Under the pieces are notes generated by a model. That model saw only the letters and a program-made list of their open reading frames with translations. It had not been told where the DNA came from and ran no database searches. The position numbers were made by a program, and so were the translations under genes. From Methanobacteriota archaeon (GTDB lineage Archaea > Thermoplasmatota > Poseidoniia > Poseidoniales > Poseidoniaceae), in the NCBI GenBank assembly GCA_002726495.1, contig PBTH01000020.1:6650-70649 (forward strand): a stretch of DNA of 64,000 nt, in the 5' to 3' direction. Of this stretch, positions 29,801-37,595 are shown piece by piece. Position 1 is the stretch's first letter. Every line of letters starts with the position of its first letter.

Positions 29801-32210
29801 GAGTTCAACACCAACCGATGGTGAGGAGCGTCATGCTGGTTCGGCAGGTGTTGGACAAGCGGTATCTGTTGTCGTTCAAGATTCGGTTGACCCTCCCCAA
29901 CAAATTACCTTGAATTACTGGGTTGGTTGCCTTGCAAGCGATGCAATCGGTTGCAATGATTACAACTTTGATGGCCTACCAAATGAAGATGAGTATGTGA
30001 GGAAGACGCTGTCTTCCCCTGAAACAAGAGTGGGCGGCATCAATATTTTTGAAGGCCTTATCGATGACTCAATGCTGTTGCATGAGCAGCGAGTTTCTTA
30101 CTTCATCACTGGAAAAGACCAGCAAGATAACGAGATCGCCATGGGCGGTGGCCCAGTCTGTCCCGTGACCAATGTTGTTTGTGGTGACCGTCCTGGAGAA
30201 GTTTTACCAGATTGGTCTGCAGACCTTTCGACGTATTTCATTCGGCAAGAATTTGAACCGATGGTCGACTTGGGTAACTCATCCATTATCGGACATGACG
30301 ATTACGAACCGCTTCACCCTGGCATCCCCTACACCGCACGTATTCTTATCAGTGACCAAAACGGATGGGATGATATCCAATTTATCCAAGTCGCTTTAGG
30401 TGGTGATCTTGACGATGAAGAAGCATCAATGTTCATCACACTTACACCCGATGAAGCCGGCAATCCTGTTGCAGTGATGGAAACCGGTTCCGATTACATC
30501 GCGGTTTCAAATCTATATTCAACCGTTGAACTTGATGAAACAAATCAAAGTATTGTCATCATCCAAGCACGTTTCCAATTGACATGGCAGTTCCCCGAAT
30601 CGTTTGATACAAATGGAGTCTCTCACTTTATACCAAAGGTACTGGTGACGGATTTACCTTGTAATGAAGGAGAAGTTACACCTTGTTTCGAAACCCGCTT
30701 CGGAATGGGCGACGATTGGTGGAGTTTGGACAATGACTTCAGGTTTGACACAGAACAAGGACACATCCGTGCCGTAGAATTACGTAACAGTGAAAATCAT
30801 TACAATTCTGACAACATTGAGACGATTATTGGTGCTGGACAAGCATTGCGTGTAAACGGTCGGGTTTTGTTCTCAGAAGACGAAACGCCTGCGCCAGCAG
30901 GAGCTTTTGATGTTGTCTTCGGAGATTTCGAGAACAACTGGAGAACATCAACCAGAGCCGATGGAGAATTCAGTTTGGACCTTTTGGTACCTTCAGTTCG
31001 CTCAGGTCACCTTGACCTTCGTTTAACGATGGATGACTTACCTGGACTGGCCTTTGATGAAACACCAACTCAACCCCGTGTCCGCCTTGCAGTTGACAGC
31101 GCTCGTCCTACGATTGAGAGCATTGGCCTTAACGGAATTTTACCGGGCTCCCCCATCTCCATTGGTGATGCGTCGAACCTAAAGGTGATGCTTGAGACCA
31201 ATGATGAAAATGGCTTTGATTACAATGAAGCAGCGTTACTCCATTATCGAGTCAAAGCCGGTGAGGCTGAGATTTCTCGCGGCAGTGTTTCTTTGCCCGA
31301 TATCACACCCTTTGGCTCACAATTCTTCTGGAGTGGTGTGCTTGATCTGACCGATTCGGGTGCAACCACATTGTTGCCATCCTACACCGTTGATGTGTGG
31401 GTTTCGGGTTCGGACGAGGCAGGAAATCCGTTCGACACATTCGGAAATTCAATGATTGAACCCTACGCTTCGTGGCCTCTGGCTCTTCTCGGCCCACGCA
31501 TTGACTTGCAGGACGAATCCACCGTGATGCAATGGGACAATCCAAGTCCTTACGAAGGTGAATCTGCATCCATGGTCGTAACAACGAAGAATCTTGCAGG
31601 CGAGGGGGATGTCACCTTCGCTCTCCAACGTTTGGTTGATGGAGGCTTCTGGTCTACATCATCTCAAGTTGCTCTTCAAGTTTCAGAGGGACAACTTCTC
31701 AGTGCGAGTTTACCTGTAGTTGCCGATGTTCCAGCAGGCCAAATCGTTCAATATCGAGTCCTTGTCTTGGTGGATGGTGTTGAGATGGACCGCCACACAG
31801 TTGATTCCCTTTTGGTTAAGGAAGAAACCATTCGTGATGGTGACGCTTTATCTCAACAAGTATCAGAAGATTTGTTCAGTATTACCTTGTTTGTCATTGC
31901 ATTAATCTCAGTGTCATTTGGTCTTTGGGCGATGGTTATGCAACGCCGTATGCTCAATCCTCCGGAGGAAGATGAAGCAGACCAAACCGATGTGGTTGCT
32001 GCGGAAATGGAACAAGATGCGAAAATTATACCCGACCTCGCAGGGTCTCCACCAGTTCCGCCCCAACCCGATATGAGTGCCACACCTCAACTCCCAAGTC
32101 TTGACCGCTCCGTGCCCCCTCCAGTTCCACCTACAGGTTTGCCCAACGGTTGGACTCAAGAGCAATGGGCGTCTTATGGATGGCAATACATCGATGCTCT
32201 AACAAAGTGA
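26808..32210 (+). CDS. Giant membrane-anchored surface protein with Asp-box (BNR-like) motifs, a C-terminal TM helix, a Pro-rich linker and a Trp-rich tail
   Basis: 1,800-aa ORF. The start is probably ATG 26823; the track opens at GTG 26808. A signal peptide 'AFWLLVILMVTTPLSPL' is present. Asp-box motifs 'SADNGTHW' (28314-28337) and 'SNDNGSTW' (28578-28601) are present. The TM helix lies at about 31873-31941. The tail ends 'GLPNGWTQEQWASYGWQYIDALTK'. Confidence 0.8.
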   Translation: MCLRRMQGSDTHTFFSRGAFWLLVILMVTTPLSPLTSLISEDSSAASGTRHVYDFHDGSTEYVALYQGANPDLGAKVSLPRGALVTDVSMTLSGASATGWSQILTDTRDHWIDGQESNTDDRSGDLTLSLDSVTESFYPHGFDEVTNANSDAWLDNGSYALRQPHTSNATESLFSQQITKSSSSFMAQSQGAILKHHDWLFLSTWSSSTFSNVVHRLYPNNASRESIITLDQAQCNLPQKHSSSYYGYYGFRDWTVTDDERLFGILSGYRYTYGSNAPVNYHRVMEMDISRDSVWTCIDSYDISAGAGDYTGIAYDRDNDKVWVVHNQGGKIVSYDFSGDGTSTWDRDEKYYTFTSSSSSSRECGQTNQMVRGLEVNSTTFFMRCQKDSYYNDRDQLEAWDISGSAQALIPQSNTRQISRTGYGLQFDGNRFISVDSGYSTWSGATLYYREFGTSWMYDTTPAPGTTTWYGPVTTYVDDVLAANVQTYWSAASIGDRVDYWVSADNGTHWEQVVSNSTIHFDYPGKELVWKAQLIGSTAVSWWVDIDASTQYATSGDWTSPYYNTGTKVGKVRPTWVADLPAGTSLQVVVSNDNGSTWLDAENNVETSFSTDAAGNTLRYAIFLTTNNTDHTPSVDSFTLWYEEGYPDRPMLDVGGDGSYDWEAMIFLNESAVVATDDSQVGVIVKKAPTLIDAFNDYIPENGEGMLDIPIGIKAASSGRIKVSNIDVTYAMQTRAIDASFEGGLASPDGAYRNFITRVAPGDEVDRVTEATIALNHSYGENPSFTWLRGDTCSTNNDGGGIVVFDTANCTSTVDALGVVSIWIPTKVNWSWNDEADLEAIITVKDDLGVAVDQWDTTEMDLVIENDIQLDGLRVWEETGRQLFPMDWVRGGFNLSFAGGLHFQDSQLMPPAGSFSLRVMGQNVTYDGDPMGASVLLHEEVNPAFGEYNLTFVAPIESAPGGMIFYVQAVNLENGSTYSNPGYNTIRLILDGNSPLVLSSTPTDGEERHAGSAGVGQAVSVVVQDSVDPPQQITLNYWVGCLASDAIGCNDYNFDGLPNEDEYVRKTLSSPETRVGGINIFEGLIDDSMLLHEQRVSYFITGKDQQDNEIAMGGGPVCPVTNVVCGDRPGEVLPDWSADLSTYFIRQEFEPMVDLGNSSIIGHDDYEPLHPGIPYTARILISDQNGWDDIQFIQVALGGDLDDEEASMFITLTPDEAGNPVAVMETGSDYIAVSNLYSTVELDETNQSIVIIQARFQLTWQFPESFDTNGVSHFIPKVLVTDLPCNEGEVTPCFETRFGMGDDWWSLDNDFRFDTEQGHIRAVELRNSENHYNSDNIETIIGAGQALRVNGRVLFSEDETPAPAGAFDVVFGDFENNWRTSTRADGEFSLDLLVPSVRSGHLDLRLTMDDLPGLAFDETPTQPRVRLAVDSARPTIESIGLNGILPGSPISIGDASNLKVMLETNDENGFDYNEAALLHYRVKAGEAEISRGSVSLPDITPFGSQFFWSGVLDLTDSGATTLLPSYTVDVWVSGSDEAGNPFDTFGNSMIEPYASWPLALLGPRIDLQDESTVMQWDNPSPYEGESASMVVTTKNLAGEGDVTFALQRLVDGGFWSTSSQVALQVSEGQLLSASLPVVADVPAGQIVQYRVLVLVDGVEMDRHTVDSLLVKEETIRDGDALSQQVSEDLFSITLFVIALISVSFGLWAMVMQRRMLNPPEEDEADQTDVVAAEMEQDAKIIPDLAGSPPVPPQPDMSATPQLPSLDRSVPPPVPPTGLPNGWTQEQWASYGWQYIDALTK

Positions 32211-32220
32211 AGGTGGTTCA

Positions 32221-32667
32221 TTGGACGACGCTACTGAAGGTGTTGATGGGCTTGTCACCCTCCAAGAACGCATGGTGAATCTTATCAATCAACTGAGCAT
32301 GCCGCTTGTTGAGGTTTCACTTGTCCTTCAAAAACACATCAAAGGGCTGTCGCAATCGCTTGACGAATATTTGAATCAAAGCGGGGATGAGGTGCCTGAA
32401 CGTGTATCTCAGCCTTGGCCAATCAATGTTGAACAATCGAATTCCCAAGCCAATTTTTCACTGGAAAAAGTACTCGAAATCGTTGACCATCAGCGCATGG
32501 ACATCCTAGAAGCATTGATTCGGGTGACCCTCATTGAAATTGAAGTCTCTCTCATAGAGGGAATCCTTGCTTTGCGTGCCTGGGAACAACTTGCTCGTAC
32601 CCAACTCGCACAAGCAACTGGTCCGGGCCAACTGTTCTCACCACTGGAAATACCTGAAAACTGGTAG
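32221..32667 (+). CDS. Hypothetical acidic helical protein
   Basis: The ORF begins 10 nt after the giant gene (TTG 32221; first ATG 32272). It has no recognisable motif. The call rests on position in a tightly packed same-strand cluster. Confidence 0.35.
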   Translation: MDDATEGVDGLVTLQERMVNLINQLSMPLVEVSLVLQKHIKGLSQSLDEYLNQSGDEVPERVSQPWPINVEQSNSQANFSLEKVLEIVDHQRMDILEALIRVTLIEIEVSLIEGILALRAWEQLARTQLAQATGPGQLFSPLEIPENW

Positions 32668-32704
32668 GGATGAGATTCAAAAACCACCGCATAGACCCCT
32701 GTCC

Positions 32705-33493
32705 ATGGGCAAGGACCGAGCGAAGGCAACGTTGTTTGTTCTTATGTTGATGATGACGAGTCTCTCAGGATGTTTTGGAGATGAACTGTCTGATCTGATT
32801 CCAGAACGCAAAGGAATTCCTGGGGGCTTAGCTCTCGCATGCTTACGTGCAGACGCCTACACCTCCATGGTGGTTGAAATTGATTATGAGCCGGGCTACA
32901 GGCCAATGTCCAGCAGTACCGATATGCTTCTTGACCGACTGGAAAGCGTATGCGATAAACCAGATGGTATCACCTTTGATTTTAGTGAAGTTTCCTTTGG
33001 CCACGAAGGCGATTGGACTGCTGATGATGTTAGAGAAAAGGCTTGGGACAATAAAGACAGTTCGCCTCTAGAAGGTTCAACATTGACATGGCAGATCATT
33101 TTCCCATCAGGATATTATGAGGACGATTCTGTTCTGGGCGTAGCAGTTGATGCTTCGTCAATTGCGCTGTTTGGGGATTCGATTGATACTGCCAACGGCC
33201 CCTTTAATCGGCCGTCGGTAGAAGATGTTGAAAACAGTGTAACAGTTCACGAGGTTGGTCATCTGTTGGGGTTGGTTAACCTCGTTTATCAATCTCCAGT
33301 GGACCATGAAGATGAAACCCATAAGGGCCATTCCAATAATGAAGATTCAGTCATGTACTGGGCCGTTGAATCAGCGGACCTTGGAAACATTATTTTTGGT
33401 ACCTTACCCAATGAGTTTGATGATGATGACTTGAACGACCTCTCTGGAATGGCAGACGGTTCAATCAAAGTGACGGATCAACTTTGGAGTTAG
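32705..33493 (+). CDS. Putative zinc metalloprotease lipoprotein
   Basis: The start 'MGKDRAKATLFVLMLMMTSLSGCF' contains a lipobox-like LSGC. A HExxH motif 'VHEVGHLLGL' is followed by 'DHEDETHKGH'. The longer track ORF from 32567 overlaps the previous gene and is probably an artefactual extension. Confidence 0.6.
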   Translation: MGKDRAKATLFVLMLMMTSLSGCFGDELSDLIPERKGIPGGLALACLRADAYTSMVVEIDYEPGYRPMSSSTDMLLDRLESVCDKPDGITFDFSEVSFGHEGDWTADDVREKAWDNKDSSPLEGSTLTWQIIFPSGYYEDDSVLGVAVDASSIALFGDSIDTANGPFNRPSVEDVENSVTVHEVGHLLGLVNLVYQSPVDHEDETHKGHSNNEDSVMYWAVESADLGNIIFGTLPNEFDDDDLNDLSGMADGSIKVTDQLWS

Positions 33494-33812
33494 GGTCAAA
33501 AGCCAGTGCATCCCTCCAGGCATCAAATATTGACCAAAGCCATAGGCCAATCCATAGGATGACTGTAAGTGCGAGTGGAATTTGAAGCAGAAACCAGTCA
33601 AACCCTTTGCGATGGTTACGATTAAAATGCTGACCAAGGTAAAGTCCAGGAACAATCGCCAGTAAGGCCGCGATGAGTGGACGGAACGCCCCCCATGTCC
33701 CAACTCCAAAGGTGATTTCTCGCCAAATCTCTTTGACAAGTCGCACTGGCATGAATCCAGAACGCTCATTGGGCGCTTGTGGTGAAAACTGGACGACCAA
33801 ATCTTCTTCCAT
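33465..33812 (-). CDS. Small two-TM membrane protein
   Basis: Two hydrophobic helices, 'LIAALLAIVPGLYLGQHF' and 'FLLQIPLALTVILWIGLWLWSIF'. The start is chosen at the internal Met 'MEEDLVV'. The 3' end overlaps the convergent metalloprotease gene by 29 nt. Confidence 0.45.
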   Translation of the reverse strand: MEEDLVVQFSPQAPNERSGFMPVRLVKEIWREITFGVGTWGAFRPLIAALLAIVPGLYLGQHFNRNHRKGFDWFLLQIPLALTVILWIGLWLWSIFDAWRDALAFDPNSKVDPSL

Positions 33813-33906
33813 GACTCCCACTACCTTTTGCTGGCGACGATTGCTTGTCAATCTAACCCCTAAATTATGCCGGATGGATGAAAAACCCAACCTACCTGAG
33901 AATATC

Positions 33907-34920
33907 ATGGGCCCCCTGCGAATTCTCGTTACGGGGTTTGAACCGTTTGGGACGCATCAATACAATCCAAGTCAAGAGGTTGCTCTTGGACTAGAAGGTC
34001 ACCATCACCTTAGCATTGCTGGAAGCGAGATGTCAATCAATGCTGAAATCACCTCAAGAGTGCTCACCGTTGATGAACATGGAGCAATTCAAACGGCGAA
34101 TTCACTCGCTTCAGGAGAATCATGGGATGCGATTTTACACATTGGGCTGTGTGATTCTTGTATTCACCCCCGAGTGGAACAACGGGCTCAGCAGCGTCTA
34201 AGCATGCGGATTCCTGACAACAGCGGTAGGATGTTGCATGAACAGCATATCGATGGAAGAGGAGATACGGGTTGTTGGATTGACATCAGTACATGGAAGA
34301 AGCAGGATTTCTCGTGTGATTTTGAGCTTTCCTACGATGCAGGGTTATTTGTCTGTAATGAGACCTATTATCATACACTCCATGCTTTGCAACTTCATTC
34401 AGCGTTGCAGTTACCACCTCCATGTCTCTTTCTCCATATTCCTCCAACCGAACATCTATCGGTTGCTTCAGCCTCACAATTTGCCCTTGATTGCATTGCT
34501 ACCATGGTTCTTCCATCTCCCAATCCAATTGTCGAAGTTGTTGCAGGTCTGGTGACAAATAAACAAGGGCAGGTACTTCTTGCTCAGCGCAGTGACGACC
34601 ATACTTGGGAATTTCCAGGTGGGAAATGCGAACCAAATGAAAATTGGGCAGATGCCATGGAACGCGAACTTCTTGAAGAGCTGAATGTCAAAGTAGAAGC
34701 CAATAGAATTCTAGGTACTTGGGAACATCTGAGAAATGGTTCTATGCTACGAATACACCTCATTGACTGCTCAATATCGTTTGGTCAACCAAGAGCGGAT
34801 CCTTCCGTACATGCATCATTGATGTGGTGTGACCCTCTTGACCATGAGAGCATGAACTGGACAGGTAGGGACGGTGCCATGATGGAGTACATTGCAAAGT
34901 ACAATTCAATGCCACGTTGA
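33907..34920 (+). CDS. pcp: Fusion protein: pyroglutamyl-peptidase I (C15) N-terminal domain plus Nudix hydrolase C-terminal domain
   Basis: 'LRILVTGFEPFGTHQYNPS' is the Pcp N-terminal signature. The catalytic Cys sits in 'AGLFVCNETYY' (TGT at 34354-34356) and His in 'FLHIPP'. The Nudix box 'GKCEPNENWADAMERELLEELNV' fits Gx5Ex7REUxEExGU except that the last G is N. Confidence 0.8.
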   Translation: MGPLRILVTGFEPFGTHQYNPSQEVALGLEGHHHLSIAGSEMSINAEITSRVLTVDEHGAIQTANSLASGESWDAILHIGLCDSCIHPRVEQRAQQRLSMRIPDNSGRMLHEQHIDGRGDTGCWIDISTWKKQDFSCDFELSYDAGLFVCNETYYHTLHALQLHSALQLPPPCLFLHIPPTEHLSVASASQFALDCIATMVLPSPNPIVEVVAGLVTNKQGQVLLAQRSDDHTWEFPGGKCEPNENWADAMERELLEELNVKVEANRILGTWEHLRNGSMLRIHLIDCSISFGQPRADPSVHASLMWCDPLDHESMNWTGRDGAMMEYIAKYNSMPR

Positions 34921-35421
34921 GGCTTCTCCGTCGTCCAACATTGCTCGTTCGTCGTCGACTGTCCGGGGAACTTGAGTGCGGCCGTTATGCCATGTTGCTG
35001 CTTCCAGCCATTCTTTCAATCCATTTCCACTCAGTTGGATACTGATTAAACCTCCAAGAGGTTCCTTGCCAAGGATTGCAAACGAGACCTTCTCGTTGAT
35101 GGCTGCTTGCCGTGAAATAGAAAATTCAGTTTGGTCGTTGGCGAGATTACGGCTCATGCAATCAAGGGCGGTGTCCAATATTCGCTGTTCGTGGAGGGCA
35201 GCAAGAAATGTCTGCATAGAGAGGTTTTCAAACGTCCATGCTGCACTGGAAGGGGCGCCAAATTTGGGTTCATCTGGGAGAAGTTCTAATGTTGCATCGG
35301 GAAAAAACGAGTGAATGGATTGCATCACACGCTGAGGAGAGTCAGCACCTGAAAGAACCGTGACAACCGTTGTTGTCAACCCCTCTCCTGTACCGGTCAG
35401 GCGTAAACGTGGTTCATCCAT
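34906..35421 (-). CDS. Hypothetical protein, possibly a COG1931/PF01877-like RNA-binding protein
   Basis: 'VLSGADSPQRVMQSIHSFFPDA' and 'FSISRQAAINEKVSF' resemble the conserved 'TED..KV...lfP' and 'DKQAA..G..sF' segments of that family. The start is set at the internal Met 'MDEPRLRL'. Confidence 0.4.
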   Translation of the reverse strand: MDEPRLRLTGTGEGLTTTVVTVLSGADSPQRVMQSIHSFFPDATLELLPDEPKFGAPSSAAWTFENLSMQTFLAALHEQRILDTALDCMSRNLANDQTEFSISRQAAINEKVSFAILGKEPLGGLISIQLSGNGLKEWLEAATWHNGRTQVPRTVDDERAMLDDGEASTWH

Positions 35422-35509
35422 AGTCGACCGAGTCGTTCTGCCTTCAAGAAGGTGCTGTGGAACCAAATCTAAGGCGAAGTGTGAAAATCTAAACAGGATT
35501 CCACGGTTT

Positions 35510-36547
35510 ATGGACCAACCAAAAGGCCCCTCCATCGCCACGGTTATTCCTGTCCTCAATGAGGTAAAACACATTGAATCATGCTTGAATGCATTGCTCC
35601 ATCAAACCGTTTCACATGAGTCCCACATGATCATCGTCATGGACGGTGGTTCCACCGATGGGACTCAAGAGCGTGTCCAACAATTGATTGAACGGTCAAA
35701 GGCTTCATCGTCGCCACGGCTTGAGATCTATGATAATCCGGGAATGACCGTTGCTCATGCCAGGAATCTTTCTCTTGATTATTTACCCGATTCAGTAGAA
35801 TACATCATTGAACTCATCGGCCATTCCACGGTTGAATCCGACCATATTGAACAGCGGCTCAAAGCATGGAAGGTGAGTGAAAATAAGGCAGGGCACGAGT
35901 TAGCCGGAGTGGGCTGTCGAGTCGTCAAGCGCACTGGAGAATTGAAAGGAACTGAACATTGGATCGAGGGATGCCTCGCTTCACCGTTTGGACACAGTGA
36001 TGGGCAATTCAGCCAATTCAATGAAAACGGTCCAACTCAAATTCCTGCTTTTGTTATGCACCGGAGAACGGCAATTGAATCGGTCGGGGGTTGGGATGAA
36101 CGTTTCATTACAAGTCAAGACAGTGAACTCTCAATGCGACTTTTGGATGCAGGGCATGCACTCTATCGGCATCCAGAACCAACCGTGAGTATGGTCAAGC
36201 GCACTCGGCTACAACAATGGTGGCGAATGGGGCATCGTTACGGTTTTTGGAGGACGAAAGTTCTCCTCAAACATCCAAAGCGAGCTCAAATTACCGAGTT
36301 TTTACCTCTGCTTGGTTTAGTTCTCATGCTGTCACTTTTTGTCTCGGGGCAGGCCATGTGGTGGGCACCAGTGCCCATTTATCTTGCAGTACTCTTGATC
36401 GAAGGGGTCCGCCACAGTCTTCAAACACGAAATATATCTTCAGTATTTGGTGTTCCGATTTGTTTGGTCATGCTTCATACAAGTTTCACAATTGGACTTG
36501 CTGATGGTTTAGTGAGAAAGGGAAGGTCTCCTAAGGACCGCAACTAA
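35510..36547 (+). CDS. Family 2 glycosyltransferase with C-terminal TM helices
   Basis: 'IATVIPVLNEVKHIESCLNALLHQT' and 'IIVMDGGSTDGT' are typical GT2 N-terminal motifs. At least two hydrophobic C-terminal helices are present. The start is ATG 35510; the track opens at GTG 35360. Confidence 0.8.
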   Translation: MDQPKGPSIATVIPVLNEVKHIESCLNALLHQTVSHESHMIIVMDGGSTDGTQERVQQLIERSKASSSPRLEIYDNPGMTVAHARNLSLDYLPDSVEYIIELIGHSTVESDHIEQRLKAWKVSENKAGHELAGVGCRVVKRTGELKGTEHWIEGCLASPFGHSDGQFSQFNENGPTQIPAFVMHRRTAIESVGGWDERFITSQDSELSMRLLDAGHALYRHPEPTVSMVKRTRLQQWWRMGHRYGFWRTKVLLKHPKRAQITEFLPLLGLVLMLSLFVSGQAMWWAPVPIYLAVLLIEGVRHSLQTRNISSVFGVPICLVMLHTSFTIGLADGLVRKGRSPKDRN

Positions 36548-36602
36548 GCACAACAAGCCCATAGATACTTGAGTGCAGTTCGTGACAGGGAGAGCGAGGA
36601 AG

Positions 36603-37538
36603 ATGGAGAGTCCACGCAGTTTTACTTCACGTGGCTTAGCATTGCTACCCTTACTGATCATGGGTGCATGCCATCTATCTCTTCCCCCTTTACAAAGTAT
36701 GTTTGACCTTGAACCTCGACTTATGTATGGCTGGTATGGGACGTCCTTGGTTCTAGGATTTATCATATTTAGAAAGACGAGAGTGGTCAAGGATTTTGAA
36801 TACAATCGTGTCAAAGCAATGAAGAAAATTAAGCATGTTTACGATGCAGAAGAGCGAGGTGTATGGAATACTGATGTACAACTTGACTCGGCCATGGACA
36901 ATGTAACGAAAGCAGGTTTGGTTCAGCCAGTTTCCAATCTTTCTCATGAAGCTCCCGAAATGCAGGTTCCTGAGGATAATGAAATCGAGGTGAGCATGCT
37001 CAATGAAGCCTCCCACATCGTCAAAGCAAATTCACGTGTCAGTGGAGGTGTTTCATTTGATGAAGAACAAATTACAGGGACCATCGGTGCAGTTCGTAAA
37101 CCGACTCCAATGGACCGAATGTTCGATATGATTTCATCCCTCTTTGGAAGAGATGCTCGTGCAGAGCGTGAAGAAAAACGCCAAGCACGCCTACGAGCAG
37201 CAGCTGCATCTGCACCGGTAATTGCTCAACGGCCTGTTGCACCATTACGGGTTGAAGGTGAACGTGATGATGTCAAAGTTAACATGACAAGTTACAGTGA
37301 TTCAGGTGGAGTCAGTACTGTAATTTCATCATCTGGTGAGGAAATTAATGACGATATAATGCCTCAGAAGCAGACTCAATCTGTTCCAAGCGAATCGTAT
37401 GAGCCAATGGCAATGCTTGGGACAACCATCACTCCGGCTCAGCCGCCGTCCTCACCCCAAGGGAATATTTGCAGAGGATGCAATTCTCCCGTGAGTATCG
37501 GTGAACGATTTTGCCCACATTGTGGCCTTGATATTTGA
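36603..37538 (+). CDS. Membrane protein with a C-terminal zinc ribbon
   Basis: N-terminal TM helices ('LALLPLLIMGACHL', 'WYGTSLVLGFIIF'), a charged linker, and a terminal 'CRGCNSPVSIGERFCPHCGLDI' (nt 37470-37535). Confidence 0.55.
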   Translation: MESPRSFTSRGLALLPLLIMGACHLSLPPLQSMFDLEPRLMYGWYGTSLVLGFIIFRKTRVVKDFEYNRVKAMKKIKHVYDAEERGVWNTDVQLDSAMDNVTKAGLVQPVSNLSHEAPEMQVPEDNEIEVSMLNEASHIVKANSRVSGGVSFDEEQITGTIGAVRKPTPMDRMFDMISSLFGRDARAEREEKRQARLRAAAASAPVIAQRPVAPLRVEGERDDVKVNMTSYSDSGGVSTVISSSGEEINDDIMPQKQTQSVPSESYEPMAMLGTTITPAQPPSSPQGNICRGCNSPVSIGERFCPHCGLDI

Positions 37539-37595
37539 TGGATATTCCGTGAGATTCAAAGGTGTCCTGTTCTCGTCGTGAAACGGGGCGACGCC

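Noticed and set aside
33673-33906. Long N-terminal extensions in the ORF track (33673-33906, 32567-32704, 35360-35509, 40895-41011, 56097-56240, 44746-44781)
   Set aside because: The extensions overlap neighbouring genes or divergent promoters and have non-protein-like composition. Canonical family N-termini or signal peptides begin at the internal ATGs I used instead.
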